64,000 nucleotides of DNA from Pseudomonadota bacterium (GCA_018668255.1 JABISZ010000099.1:1918-65917); one strand, 5' to 3'; positions 49,002-59,490 are shown, numbered from the stretch's first letter. Translations and numbers: made by a program. Notes: generated by a model from the letters alone, not told the origin.

Positions 49002-49144
49002 TGGTATAAAATGTTCTCTGTAACAGACTGTTCTGGCTTACTGTGTATCAGTTTATCTTATTAACTGGGGCTTAGGTGAGAATCAGCTGAATTAAGTTTA
49101 TTACATTGACCCTAAAAATAATTCTAAAAGAGCTTCAATAAAAA

Positions 49145-50218
49145 ATGCCTTACAAATTCATTGATCGACAGCAAGACTTAGATACTTGGATTGATAGAGT
49201 GTCCGCTATTAAGGTCATAGGTCTTGATACAGAGTTTCTTTGGGAACGGACTTATTTTCCAAAACTCTGCCTGATTCAAATAGCTGCTGATGATTCTATA
49301 GCATGTATCGATACTTTAGCTTTGGAGGATCTCTCTTGTCTAAATGAAATGATGCACGTTTCTACCGTGCAAAAAGTGTTCCATGCGGCCAAACAGGACA
49401 TTGAAGTGCTTCATGTTGCTGGCCTGGAGGCTCGCGAGCAGATATTTGACACACAGGTAGCTGCCGGATTGCTAGGTATGGCAGAGCAAATTGGTTATGG
49501 GGACTTAGTCGAGACTCTTGTAGGAGTCCGCTTAGAAAAATCTCAAACCAGGACTGATTGGACGTCCCGACCGCTTAACATTCGTCAATTGGATTACGCT
49601 GCAAATGACGTGAAGTATCTTGCAGACATGGCACAAATTATGTCAGAGAAATTACTGTCACTAGGAAGATTAGATTGGTGTTTGGAGGATTGTCGCAGAT
49701 TACAACAGTCCTATCGATCGGTCTTAGCCCCCTGGGAGAGAATCTCAGGTATCGGAAAGCTAGAATCAAGAAGTTTCGCGATAGCGGTGGGTATAGCTGT
49801 TTGGAGAGACGATAAAGCGAAAGAAATGGATTTACCGAGGGGGTGGGTTTTTTCTGATAAGCAGATTTTATCCATCGCTGTAGAAAAACCTAAGACGTTA
49901 AAAGAGTTATCGTCTATCTTGAATGACAAACCAAATATACTCCGCAAGTTCAGCGAAAATCTGTTGGAACTTGTAGATAGTGACAGCTTAGTAAGCAGCC
50001 TTAGTGCGTATAGAAAAGTTCCACTTTCAATTTCGCAACGAAAGCACGCCAAAGAAATAAAGAAAAAAATAGCTACAATAGCTGCTGATCTTGATGTCGG
50101 CTCGAGCTTGCTGTGCACCTCTAAAGAGATAGAAGCATGTTTACGTGGAGATATTCCTGAAAGAATTTCCACTGGATGGCGCCAAGATCTTGTGTGTGGT
50201 CTGTTCGAGCCGATCTAA
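49145..50218 (+). CDS. rnd: ribonuclease D
   Basis: ...IGLDTEFLWERTYFPKLCLIQIA... DEDDy exonuclease motif I, ...YAANDVKYL... motif III, HRDC-like C-terminal region. Confidence 0.85.
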   Translation: MPYKFIDRQQDLDTWIDRVSAIKVIGLDTEFLWERTYFPKLCLIQIAADDSIACIDTLALEDLSCLNEMMHVSTVQKVFHAAKQDIEVLHVAGLEAREQIFDTQVAAGLLGMAEQIGYGDLVETLVGVRLEKSQTRTDWTSRPLNIRQLDYAANDVKYLADMAQIMSEKLLSLGRLDWCLEDCRRLQQSYRSVLAPWERISGIGKLESRSFAIAVGIAVWRDDKAKEMDLPRGWVFSDKQILSIAVEKPKTLKELSSILNDKPNILRKFSENLLELVDSDSLVSSLSAYRKVPLSISQRKHAKEIKKKIATIAADLDVGSSLLCTSKEIEACLRGDIPERISTGWRQDLVCGLFEPI

Positions 50219-50249
50219 AACCTACACTCACGAGCGCTATTTTATCTAT

Positions 50250-51242
50250 CTAGTTCAGAGTTTGGCGATATATTGATGGACAATTGTTGTGGTTCTTCAG
50301 GCTTTCTTCACACCAGTCGAGTATTTTTTTCTCAGTAGATTTCACATAACTGACTTGCCCGTTATCACTGCTAAACTGACTGGAAAATAAAGGTTCTTCT
50401 GGATAAAGGTTTTTGACAGTCTTAAAGAAGCCCTTAGGTAACCTAAATGCTCCTATTGTTATTGAATGGAGCGTTTTGAAATCAAGTTGTTCAGTTATTT
50501 GTTCGATTAAAAATGTATATTCTGCTCTAAAATTCTCAATAAACACTATCGGGTCAAGTCTTAGCGCAACAGGCCATCCAGCTAATTGTAATTTTTTGGC
50601 CGCGGAAAGCCGTGCAGCAAGGGAGGGCGTTTGGTGCTCTAGAGTCTTAATAACTGCAGCAGGACTTAAGCTAAAAGCGCAAATCACATTGTTACGGGGC
50701 TTCATTTCCAATAGCTTGCGCACCTGAGTGCTTTTAGTTCTTAATTCTAAAAATGCATTATCTATCGATGAGATTTCTTCTATGAAGGATTTCGAAAACT
50801 CAGTGATTGGATCTAGCGCTAAGCTATCGCAGTCATAACCGGAATAAAACCACATAGGTTCTTTGGTTTTGACGGCCAAAGCTCTAATATCTTCTATAAA
50901 ATCCTCGTAATTGACAAAAATAACGTTATGGGCTGACTGAAACATTCCTTGCAAGAAGCAGTATCGACAATCGTAGATGCAATTAAGCATGTGTGAGAAA
51001 TAGTAATTATGGGTCGTGTTTAAGCCGTATTCTGCCGGCGCAGGCATAATTCTTTTATTGTGCTTTTCCGCTAGTATCAAACAAGGATCTTTTTTCTGAA
51101 TACGAAAGTCCTGTTGGTGACGGTTGAATATCTCGCCGTAGTGTTCACATGTTATGACCGTTGATTTAGGGAATTGGGACAATATTTTCAATGTCCTCGG
51201 ATGTTTCTCTATTCTCTTTTCAACATAGATAAAGCTAAACAT
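50250..51242 (-). CDS. spore-photoproduct-lyase (SPL) family radical SAM protein
   Basis: 330 aa. CIYDCRYC (C88x3C92x2C95) at the same position as SplB C91/C95/C98, with flanking similarity to B. subtilis SplB (FIYVEKR..., AEYG...NYYFSHMLNCIYDCRYCFLQGMF). Confidence 0.75.
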   Translation of the reverse strand: MFSFIYVEKRIEKHPRTLKILSQFPKSTVITCEHYGEIFNRHQQDFRIQKKDPCLILAEKHNKRIMPAPAEYGLNTTHNYYFSHMLNCIYDCRYCFLQGMFQSAHNVIFVNYEDFIEDIRALAVKTKEPMWFYSGYDCDSLALDPITEFSKSFIEEISSIDNAFLELRTKSTQVRKLLEMKPRNNVICAFSLSPAAVIKTLEHQTPSLAARLSAAKKLQLAGWPVALRLDPIVFIENFRAEYTFLIEQITEQLDFKTLHSITIGAFRLPKGFFKTVKNLYPEEPLFSSQFSSDNGQVSYVKSTEKKILDWCEESLKNHNNCPSIYRQTLN

Positions 51243-51244
51243 GT

Positions 51245-52066
51245 TCAGAATTTGGGCAGCAGTTTCTGCAGTCGACGATTTAAATTCTCTATCACGTCCT
51301 TTGCAGTCGCGCAGTTATTTAATTCCATGTCCTGCCATAAAGTTTGTTTGTCGAGGGCCTTAAAACGGCGAATACCCTCTCTAAGCTGACTTTTTTGTGT
51401 CTGGCTGAAATGCCATTTTTCGAATAATTCAGAACCAAGCTCTAGTTCGAAATTTCTAGCATCTTGCACTCTCATTTCTGCTTTTTTAATTAGGGCTTCT
51501 AAAGTCGGGATATGAGTTTTTACAATTTCGACGACGAGACTTTTAGTGATGTTCTTTGCATGGGATAATTTGTTATCAGAAATGAGCTTGAAAACGAATA
51601 GACATTCATTTTTTATATGCAAACTTGATCCCGCTGACATAAAACCTGCCGCTTCCATGTCACAAAGAGTATCATCGACATAATCATCAACAACGGCATC
51701 ATGAGTTGTTAAAGGCTTGACCAAAGTATTAGGGAGCTTGATTAAATTTGGATACCAAGTCTGTCGGCTGCTTTTACTTATGACTTTAGATACTGCTACG
51801 GCAGTGCCGATTGCATGATCTTTATGTCCAGCGATACCGAAATTTATCCAAATATGGTTGGGCAGAATTGAGAAAAAAGCAGCGGTATGAGCCAGTGCCG
51901 CGGCGCTAGGGCATTTGCCAATACCGGTGATAACTATTTTTAACTGCTCATTTGCATAGATAGGAAATGGATGTTGCTGCACGCTTTTTAGTCTGTAATG
52001 ATCGATTAGCGGTTGAGCCTCCGCTTTCAGTGCCACTAAAAGAGTTGTAGTGCCAGTAAGTTGCAT
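51245..52066 (-). CDS. MTA/SAH-nucleosidase / purine-nucleoside-phosphorylase-fold protein with about 110-aa C-terminal extension
   Basis: 273 aa. N-terminal about 160 aa parallels MTAN (LLVALKAEAQPL vs GIIGAMEEEV; ITGIGKCPSAAALAHTAAFF vs KSGIGKVAAALGATLLLE; INFGIAGH vs INTGSAGG; CDMEAAGF vs VEMEATAI). Helical C-terminal tail of unknown function. Overlaps the GT2 gene by 31 nt. Confidence 0.6.
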   Translation of the reverse strand: MQLTGTTTLLVALKAEAQPLIDHYRLKSVQQHPFPIYANEQLKIVITGIGKCPSAAALAHTAAFFSILPNHIWINFGIAGHKDHAIGTAVAVSKVISKSSRQTWYPNLIKLPNTLVKPLTTHDAVVDDYVDDTLCDMEAAGFMSAGSSLHIKNECLFVFKLISDNKLSHAKNITKSLVVEIVKTHIPTLEALIKKAEMRVQDARNFELELGSELFEKWHFSQTQKSQLREGIRRFKALDKQTLWQDMELNNCATAKDVIENLNRRLQKLLPKF

Positions 52067-52866
52067 TCTATTTTTTCGATCCTTTTTATAAGGTCTTTGT
52101 GCCCGCGCTTTTTTGCTCCATTTAGAACAACGTCAAGTTTTTTACGCAAGGCTTCTTTCACTTGTTGACGTTGACCGGATGTAAGAGGTTCTTCCACGAT
52201 TATTTTGTAGAGCGATTGTATCCTATATTGGTCCAGTATTGGGATAGACTCGGATAATTGGTCGGCGTGGCCTGCGTGTTTATATACCAAAGACTTATCG
52301 ATAAAACCAACTCTTTCCTGAGCAGTTATTCTCAACCATAAATCATAGTCCTCACAAGCTGGCAGCAATTCGTCAAAGCCGCCATGGCGATCTAGCAGAG
52401 CTTTTTTTATGAAAGCTGATGATGGGGATATCATACATCTTAGTAAGCTGACGCCGAAGAGTTGGCCTCCTGATTTTCTATGATATTTCTTTTGGTTGAC
52501 GTGTTTTCCATTTCGGAACCAGGTTTCATCGCAATGAATCAGAGAGATTGTAGGCTCTTGTTTGGCCATATCTGCTTGCTCTTCTAGCTTTTTCGGCAAC
52601 CATTCGTCATCTGAATCTAATAAAGCGATCCAGTTACCCTGAGCAATTTTCACACCTGAGTTTCGAGCGATGCTCACACCTTGCCTGTCCTGTTTTATAT
52701 AGTTCACTTGCGGATACTTCCGTGAAATCATTTCCTGCGTAGAGTCTTGCGAGCCATCATCTACGACTATGATTTCGGCAGGGGCTAGTGTTTGCTTATA
52801 GACGGAAGAAATTGCACGCTCTAGCATTTGCACTCTGTTGTAAGTAGGTATCACAACACTAATCAT
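52036..52866 (-). CDS. family 2 glycosyltransferase
   Basis: ISVVIPTYNR...VVDDGSQD...DSDDEW (DxD) GT-A fold signature. Confidence 0.8.
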   Translation of the reverse strand: MISVVIPTYNRVQMLERAISSVYKQTLAPAEIIVVDDGSQDSTQEMISRKYPQVNYIKQDRQGVSIARNSGVKIAQGNWIALLDSDDEWLPKKLEEQADMAKQEPTISLIHCDETWFRNGKHVNQKKYHRKSGGQLFGVSLLRCMISPSSAFIKKALLDRHGGFDELLPACEDYDLWLRITAQERVGFIDKSLVYKHAGHADQLSESIPILDQYRIQSLYKIIVEEPLTSGQRQQVKEALRKKLDVVLNGAKKRGHKDLIKRIEKIECNLLALQLF

Positions 52867-52884
52867 CTACCCAGATTTGCCTTA

Positions 52885-53430
52885 TTAAATTTGTTTTGGA
52901 TTTAGAACAAAACCAAAGTGTTGTGGCACCACTGCTTTAGCGATTGATTTTATTTTATAATTTTTGTCTCTGTAGCGTAATTTTGTGGGGATGTCATTTA
53001 CAGTTTCGATCAGATCAGATGCCGCACTTAGATCTCTGTCGTCAACGACTCCCACTCCTAGGGCGGTAGACAGTAATAAATTCCCATACTCGTCTAAAAA
53101 AAACTCAAGTAAATCCGGCATCTTAGCTTCGTGATGTATGTAAAAACCAGAATGGTTTGAGAACCCGTAAAGTCTGGGCGTATATTCTAAAGAAACAAAT
53201 GCTCGTTGAGGACCATTCTGCACGAACCACCGACCAAGATTGTCGAAGTTGTAGTTCCGCTGGAGAAATCGCTGCGTATTAGTATGGTGTACTTTCTCTC
53301 CCTTTATACTCCATTCAGCTCGTCTGTTGAGACTTAGCCAGCCAAAACATTCTGGAACGTCAGGCCATTTCGCCATTGCTTTTTGGACGCTTTTATCGAT
53401 AATTATTTTTTCCGGAGGAGTGTTTATCAT
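52885..53430 (-). CDS. hypothetical protein (possibly DUF1285-like)
   Basis: 181-aa ORF, 6 nt downstream of the bioA stop and 18 nt upstream of the GT2 start. Weak resemblance to DUF1285 (W..LD..G.W...G..I.H...F...). No catalytic motif. Confidence 0.45.
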   Translation of the reverse strand: MINTPPEKIIIDKSVQKAMAKWPDVPECFGWLSLNRRAEWSIKGEKVHHTNTQRFLQRNYNFDNLGRWFVQNGPQRAFVSLEYTPRLYGFSNHSGFYIHHEAKMPDLLEFFLDEYGNLLLSTALGVGVVDDRDLSAASDLIETVNDIPTKLRYRDKNYKIKSIAKAVVPQHFGFVLNPKQI

Positions 53431-53436
53431 AAAATA

Positions 53437-54726
53437 TCAAGATAGTGTTCGGATTATTTTTAGCACAGCTCTCGTGAGGATTTCTAATTCATCATCTCTA
53501 ATGATATAGGGTGGCATAAGGTAGATCAGTTTTCCAAATGGTCTAACCCATACACCATGGGATACAAATTCCCGAGATATTTTGGGTAAATCGACTGGTG
53601 AGAACAGCTCGATAACACCGATTGCTCCGAGGACACGGACGTTTTTTACTGTCGTAAGCTCGGATGCTGGCTGTAAAGCGGTTTTGAGAAATTTTTCAAT
53701 TCTTAAAACATTATTTTGCCAATCAGAACTGAGTAAAACTTCAAGGCTTGCATCTGCGCATGCACACGCCAGAGGATTAGCCATAAAGGTAGGGCCGTGC
53801 ATGAAAACACCCGGATGTCCGTCCGCTATTGTGTCTGCAACCTCTTGATTGCAAAGTGTGGCGGCCAAGCTCATATAACCTCCAGTGAGGCTTTTGCCGA
53901 CACACATGATATCCGGACTGACACCAGCATGTTCAGAAGCGAACATTCTACCTGTTCTACCAAACCCAGTTGCTATTTCATCAACGATAAGCAGCACATT
54001 GTTTTCGGTGCAGAAATGTCTGACTGCCTTTAAATAATCGGAATGGTAGAAATTCATCCCACCTGCTCCTTGTACAATTGGCTCAAGAATCACTGCACAG
54101 ATTTCGTGTAAATGCTGTTCTGCAATTTTGGTGAAACCGTCGAACTCAGAAGGATCCCAGTCTCCGTTCGGGTCGTTTACGGGTTTAGGTGCAAAAAATT
54201 GTTTGGCCAGTGCGTTGCTATACAATCCATGCATACCGGTTACTGGATCGCATACGCTCATAGCACCGAAAGTATCTCCGTGATATCCACCTTCTAGAGT
54301 GAGAAATTTATTTTTACTCGGCTGGCCCTTTGATGCAGCCCATTGAATAGCCATTTTCATGGCCACTTCGACTGAAACAGACCCTGAATCACTAAAAAAG
54401 ACATGTTTTAGCGCGGGGCTGGATAAGTCAATCAGTTTTTTTGCGAGCGTTACTGCGGGTTTGTGAGTGAGGCCTCCAAACATGATATGAGCCATATCCT
54501 CTAGTTGCGCACGGATTGCTGCGTTGAGTACAGGATGATTATATCCATGAATCGCGGACCACCAAGAAGACATCCCATCTATTAGATTCTGCCCATTTTC
54601 TAGAGTAATAGTACAACCGGATGCGCTTTTTACGGGAAATACTGGGTGCGGATTTACAGGTGAAGTATATGGGTGCCAGATATGGTCGTGATCATACTGA
54701 ACCCAATCAAAAGGCTCGTTGTTCAT
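53437..54726 (-). CDS. bioA: adenosylmethionine--8-amino-7-oxononanoate transaminase
   Basis: ...HIWHPYTS..., ...LLIVDEIATGFGRTGRMFA... (PLP Lys region). Start taken at MNNEPF, whose ATG overlaps the pyrC TGA (ATGA). Confidence 0.85.
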   Translation of the reverse strand: MNNEPFDWVQYDHDHIWHPYTSPVNPHPVFPVKSASGCTITLENGQNLIDGMSSWWSAIHGYNHPVLNAAIRAQLEDMAHIMFGGLTHKPAVTLAKKLIDLSSPALKHVFFSDSGSVSVEVAMKMAIQWAASKGQPSKNKFLTLEGGYHGDTFGAMSVCDPVTGMHGLYSNALAKQFFAPKPVNDPNGDWDPSEFDGFTKIAEQHLHEICAVILEPIVQGAGGMNFYHSDYLKAVRHFCTENNVLLIVDEIATGFGRTGRMFASEHAGVSPDIMCVGKSLTGGYMSLAATLCNQEVADTIADGHPGVFMHGPTFMANPLACACADASLEVLLSSDWQNNVLRIEKFLKTALQPASELTTVKNVRVLGAIGVIELFSPVDLPKISREFVSHGVWVRPFGKLIYLMPPYIIRDDELEILTRAVLKIIRTLS

Positions 54727-55775
54727 GACGTTGCTTTTTTCCAATAGAGATTGAAAGGGGGCGAAAAGACCTCAACACTATCGGCATCAATTACCACATT
54801 TGGGAAAACTAAAGGCTTATTTTCCTTTTTATAAGTTACGAGCTCTGTGTTGATAGGTAAGTTGTAAAATAAGGGGCCATTTTTTGAAGCAAAATCATTG
54901 AATTGGCCTAATGCATCTGCTTGTTCGAATATTTGAAGATATGTGGATATGGCGCAAGGACTATTGTATATCCCAGCGCAACCACATGAGGACTCTTTTG
55001 TTTCTTTTGTGTGTGGAGCGGAGTCGGTGCCCAGGAAAAAGTGCTCGTCTCCTGAGCAGGCTGCTCGAAGAAGTGTTCGTCTATGTTCTTCTCTTTTAGC
55101 TATCGGCAGGCAGTACATGTGAGGTCTAATTCCGCCTTGGAACATAGCGTTTCTGTTGATAGAAAGGTGGTGGGGTGTGATGGTTGCGGCTAAGCAGCTA
55201 GGGTTTTCATTTTCTATGTACTCGACAGCCTGTTTGGTAGTGATATGTTCAAACACAATTTTTAACTTCTTATGTCGAGCTCTCAGAGGTATTAATATTT
55301 TTTGAATAAAAACATTCTCTCTATCAAAAACATCAACATTGTCGTCTACTACTTCGCCATGTACTAATAGGGGACAACCGAGTTCGCTTAGAACATCGAA
55401 AACATCATCAAGATAACTAATATTTGTGACGCCATTATTAGAGTTAGTAGTTGCACCGGCAGGATATAGTTTTGCCGCGGTATAGGCGCCAGATTTCAAG
55501 CCTTCTCTGAGATCATCTGGATCCGTCGTATCAGTAAGATAACAGGTCATTAGAGGCGAAAATTTTGACTTATCAGGAAGTTGATTTAAGATTTCATCGC
55601 GATAGGCCGTAGCCATTGACCTTGTCGTTATCGGGGTAGGAAGATTGGGCATAATGATTGCCCTTCCAAAATCGCGAGACGTGTCGCCGATTACCGCCGC
55701 CAACACATCATCATTCCTAACATGAAGATGCCAATCATCTGGTCGGTTGAAAGTAATAACGTTTTCATTTTTCAT
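54723..55775 (-). CDS. pyrC: dihydroorotase, class II (E. coli type)
   Basis: ...RPDDWHLHVRND... (HxH), ...KLYPAGATTNS... (carboxylated Lys region), ...FLGTDSAPH... Confidence 0.85.
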   Translation of the reverse strand: MKNENVITFNRPDDWHLHVRNDDVLAAVIGDTSRDFGRAIIMPNLPTPITTRSMATAYRDEILNQLPDKSKFSPLMTCYLTDTTDPDDLREGLKSGAYTAAKLYPAGATTNSNNGVTNISYLDDVFDVLSELGCPLLVHGEVVDDNVDVFDRENVFIQKILIPLRARHKKLKIVFEHITTKQAVEYIENENPSCLAATITPHHLSINRNAMFQGGIRPHMYCLPIAKREEHRRTLLRAACSGDEHFFLGTDSAPHTKETKESSCGCAGIYNSPCAISTYLQIFEQADALGQFNDFASKNGPLFYNLPINTELVTYKKENKPLVFPNVVIDADSVEVFSPPFNLYWKKATS

Positions 55776-55927
55776 ACGTGGAATTTAGCACGACTGCTGC
55801 CTTTTTGATGAATTATTTATTTTTTTGGCCTCGTTTCTAATGATTGTTACTATAGGCTCGGTAACCTTAACTTTTAGACTATGTAAGTTAAGAAATAATT
55901 AGACCAACAGAGACAGGAGTTGAAAGA

Positions 55928-57565
55928 ATGCTGGGTCAAATGATGGATACGCCTTTGTTGATAAAAAATCTCGCGTCCCATGCCGAGAGAAATCATGGAT
56001 TCCAGGAAATAGTATCCGTTGCAGTGGATAATGATCGACACCGATATACTTTCAATGAAGCGTTATCCCGCTCCCGGAAAGTCAGCAACCTACTTGACAG
56101 GTTGAATTGTGCTTCTGATGCTCGAATAGCGACACTTGCTTGGAATGACTACCGGCATGTGGAATTATACTATGGAGTGTCCTGCAGCGGCCGAGTGTTG
56201 CATACCGTAAATCCGAGGTTGTTTCCTGAACAACTGATTTATATTCTTAACCATGCTGAGGATGAATTCGTTTTCTTCGATGTCGCCTTTACTAAGTTGC
56301 TGGAATCAATAGCTAGCGATTGTCCTTCTGTCAAAGGTTATGTAGCTCTAGCTCCGCGCAGCTGCATGCCTGACAGCAATCTTCCTAATCTGATGTGTTA
56401 TGAAGACTTGCTAGCAAAAGAATCCTCAGACTACGATTGGCCAGATTTAGATGAGAACACCGCAAGTGGTCTTTGCTACACGTCAGGGACTACTGGGAAC
56501 CCCAAGGGAGTCCTCTATAGCCATCGCAGTACAGTCTTACATACTTATGGCATGTGTATGCCTGATGCGGCTAGCCTTTCTGCTCAAGATGTAATTTTAC
56601 CTGTGGTTCCTATGTTCCATGTTAATGCTTGGGGCTATCCCTATGCTGGAATGATGGTAGGGGCAAAAATTGTACTTCCTGGACCCAAGTTAGGTGATGC
56701 GGAGACACTAGTTAGTTTGATAAACGAAGAGGGCGCTACCATAGCTGGGGGTGTTCCTACTGTTTGGCTGCCATTGCTGGAATATCTTAAAAACACAAAA
56801 AAAGAAATAAAGACGCTCACCCGCACGGTTATTGGAGGTTCTGCCTGTCCGTTATCCATGATGGAAGAATTTCGAGACAATTACGGAGTCAGGGTTTTGC
56901 ATGGTTGGGGAATGACAGAAATGAGCCCTGTGGGCGTTGTTAATACCCCGAATGCGAGAACTAGTGGGCTAATCGGCGATGAATTGAAAACGCACCTTGT
57001 CAAACAGGGGAGAGCCCTGCCGGGAGTTGAGATTAAAATTACTGATGAAGATAATCGGTCACTGCCGTGGGATGGAATCAAGTTTGGCGCTTTAAAAGTT
57101 CGTGGCCCGTGGGTGTGCTCCGGCTACTACAGAGTGAAAAATTCCGATGCCCATCAGTCAGACGGTTGGTTTGATACTGGCGATGTCGCAACCATAGATA
57201 TAAACGGTTGCGTGAAGATTACAGATCGGACTAAAGACGTCATTAAATCAGGTGGAGAATGGATTAGCTCTATAGAACTTGAAAATGTCGGAATGTCTTA
57301 CCCAGGCGTTAGGGAATGCGCAGTTGTTGGTATGGCCCACGCTAAATGGCAAGAGCGTCCATTACTTGTTGTTGTTGCTAAAAATTCTTCCGAAGACTTT
57401 TCGGTAGCACAATTTTTGTCTTTCTTTGAAGGCAAAGTCGCAAAGTGGTGGATACCTAACGATGCAATTTTCGTTTCTGAGCTGCCGCACACAGCAACTG
57501 GAAAAGTTAGCAAGCTTCTCTTACGCGAGTCTTTAGAGGGTTATAAATTTCCCGACGACAATTAA
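55928..57565 (+). CDS. AMP-dependent synthetase/ligase (fatty-acid--CoA ligase family)
   Basis: ...[20 protein letters not shown]... (AMP-binding motif I), ...GWGMTEMSP..., ...DGWFDTGD..., ...SGGEWISS... Confidence 0.85.
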   Translation: MLGQMMDTPLLIKNLASHAERNHGFQEIVSVAVDNDRHRYTFNEALSRSRKVSNLLDRLNCASDARIATLAWNDYRHVELYYGVSCSGRVLHTVNPRLFPEQLIYILNHAEDEFVFFDVAFTKLLESIASDCPSVKGYVALAPRSCMPDSNLPNLMCYEDLLAKESSDYDWPDLDENTASGLCYTSGTTGNPKGVLYSHRSTVLHTYGMCMPDAASLSAQDVILPVVPMFHVNAWGYPYAGMMVGAKIVLPGPKLGDAETLVSLINEEGATIAGGVPTVWLPLLEYLKNTKKEIKTLTRTVIGGSACPLSMMEEFRDNYGVRVLHGWGMTEMSPVGVVNTPNARTSGLIGDELKTHLVKQGRALPGVEIKITDEDNRSLPWDGIKFGALKVRGPWVCSGYYRVKNSDAHQSDGWFDTGDVATIDINGCVKITDRTKDVIKSGGEWISSIELENVGMSYPGVRECAVVGMAHAKWQERPLLVVVAKNSSEDFSVAQFLSFFEGKVAKWWIPNDAIFVSELPHTATGKVSKLLLRESLEGYKFPDDN

Positions 57566-57701
57566 AATAATCGGTCGGCCAACAAGAAAGCGAAGTTAAA
57601 TTTTTCTGGCATTTTATGTTTTAATGTAAGGCTATTGAGAAATAAACATGTAAAAAGACGATGCATCAAATGTTTGAATGCCATTACTTGGAGAGAATTA
57701 T

Positions 57702-58883
57702 ATGAGTGAATCTATTGTTATAGCAGGGCTTGCACGAACGCCCATGGGTGGGATGCAAGGCGATCTCTCAAACGTTTCTGCACCTGTCCTAGGTGAGACA
57801 GCTATCCGTGGTGCGCTAAAGCGCGCTGGAATCGCGCCAGAGGCCGTCGAAGAAACTATCATGGGGTGCGTGTTGCCTGGCGGCTTAGGGCAAGCACCAG
57901 CCAGACAAGCGTCTATGGGTGCAGGTATTCCTGACTCAACGCCTTGCACAACGGTTAATAAGATGTGCGGCTCAGGTATGAAGACTATTATGATGGCACA
58001 CGATGCTATTAAGGCAGGGTCGGCAGACGTCATCGTTGCTGGGGGCATGGAGAGCATGACCAACGCGCCCCACATGCTACCTAAGTTGCGGAGCGGAATG
58101 AGGCTAGGACATGGAGAAGTTTTGGACCATATGTTGGTCGACGGCTTAGAGTGCGCTTTTGAGAAAGGGCGTTTGATGGGTAATTTTGCGGAAGATTGCG
58201 CAACGAAATACGAGTTTACGAGAGAAGCTCAAGATGCTTATGCGATTGAATCATTGAAAAGAGCTCAGAGTGCTATAACAAAAGGATTATTCAAGCCTGA
58301 AATTGAGGCGGTTAAATACCAGACTCGCAAAGGTGAGGTCAACGTCGATACCGATGAGCAACCTGCAAAAGCGCAATTAGATAAAATACCTAGCTTGCGT
58401 CCTGCTTTTGCAAAAGATGGCACGGTGACTGCTGCAAACTCTAGCTCGATCTCAGATGGAGCTGCGGCAGTAGTTTTATGCTCAGAAACTAAAGCTAAAG
58501 AACTTGGAGTAAATGCAGTCGCGCGCATCTTAGCCCACACCTCTCATGCTCAGGCACCAGGTTGGTTTACCACTGCGCCCGTATATGCCATTGATAAATT
58601 ACTGACCAAAGTGGGTTGGTCTGTTGAGGACGTTGATTTATTCGAGGTGAACGAAGCCTTCGCGGTTGTGGCCATGGCCGCTATGAAAGAAATAGGGATC
58701 TCTCACAATAAATTGAATGTTAGAGGAGGCGCATGCGCCCTTGGCCACCCTGTCGGCGCATCAGGTGCCCGCATTTTGGTGACACTAGCGCAAGCACTTA
58801 TTGATTCAGGGGGCACCAAAGGGGTCGCCAGTTTATGCATAGGTGGGGGCGAGGCAACAGCTATGGCAATCGAACTGGTGTAA
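57702..58883 (+). CDS. acetyl-CoA C-acyltransferase / thiolase
   Basis: ATG 57702 with GGAGAG RBS (ORF-track TTG at 57678). ...VNKMCGSGMK... (active Cys), ...NEAFAVVAMA..., C-terminal ...GGACALGHPVGASGAR... and ...CIGGGEA... Confidence 0.9.
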   Translation: MSESIVIAGLARTPMGGMQGDLSNVSAPVLGETAIRGALKRAGIAPEAVEETIMGCVLPGGLGQAPARQASMGAGIPDSTPCTTVNKMCGSGMKTIMMAHDAIKAGSADVIVAGGMESMTNAPHMLPKLRSGMRLGHGEVLDHMLVDGLECAFEKGRLMGNFAEDCATKYEFTREAQDAYAIESLKRAQSAITKGLFKPEIEAVKYQTRKGEVNVDTDEQPAKAQLDKIPSLRPAFAKDGTVTAANSSSISDGAAAVVLCSETKAKELGVNAVARILAHTSHAQAPGWFTTAPVYAIDKLLTKVGWSVEDVDLFEVNEAFAVVAMAAMKEIGISHNKLNVRGGACALGHPVGASGARILVTLAQALIDSGGTKGVASLCIGGGEATAMAIELV

Positions 58884-58953
58884 CTTTTTTAATGTAGAGT
58901 TTAGTTTGGGGTTGTCTTTCGACTTAGATTCTTAGAAAAAGTTAATATTTTCA

Positions 58954-59490
58954 ATGTCTGTAAAACGTTGTTCATGGGTGGATTGCTCGAAGCTTCTTGA
59001 TATGGGCTACCACGATAAAGAATGGGGGGTGCCTGTTACCCGTGACAATAGCTTGTTTGAGCAACTGACATTGGAAGGGGCTCAAGCGGGACTTAGCTGG
59101 TCTACTGTGCTCAAAAAACGCGAATGCTACCGGGTTGTATTTCATCAATTTTCGATTGTTAAGGTAAGCCTATTATTACCAAGTGATATTGATGTGTTTA
59201 TGCAAAACGCTGGGCTTATAAGACACCGAGGGAAACTCGAATCTGTGGTTTCTAACGCGCATGTTTTCGCTGAGATTCAAAGAGAACACGGCAGCTTTTA
59301 TAATTATGTGTTGGATGTTATCGGTGGCCTATCTTTAGAGAATAGCGCTGGTGTATTAAGTCAACGTCTGAAGTCTCTGGGGTTTTCTTTTGTGGGACCC
59401 ACAGTTGTTGAATCTTTCTTGCTTGCGGCTGGCTTTTGGAACGGACACGACCAGGACTGTTTTAGGAGAAGCCAAATAGAAGCTTTTTGA
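58954..59490 (+). CDS. tag: DNA-3-methyladenine glycosylase I
   Basis: CSWVDCSKLLDMGYHDKEWGVPV...FEQLTLEGAQAGLSWSTVLKKRE... Tag zinc-snap/HhH signature. Confidence 0.85.
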   Translation: MSVKRCSWVDCSKLLDMGYHDKEWGVPVTRDNSLFEQLTLEGAQAGLSWSTVLKKRECYRVVFHQFSIVKVSLLLPSDIDVFMQNAGLIRHRGKLESVVSNAHVFAEIQREHGSFYNYVLDVIGGLSLENSAGVLSQRLKSLGFSFVGPTVVESFLLAAGFWNGHDQDCFRRSQIEAF

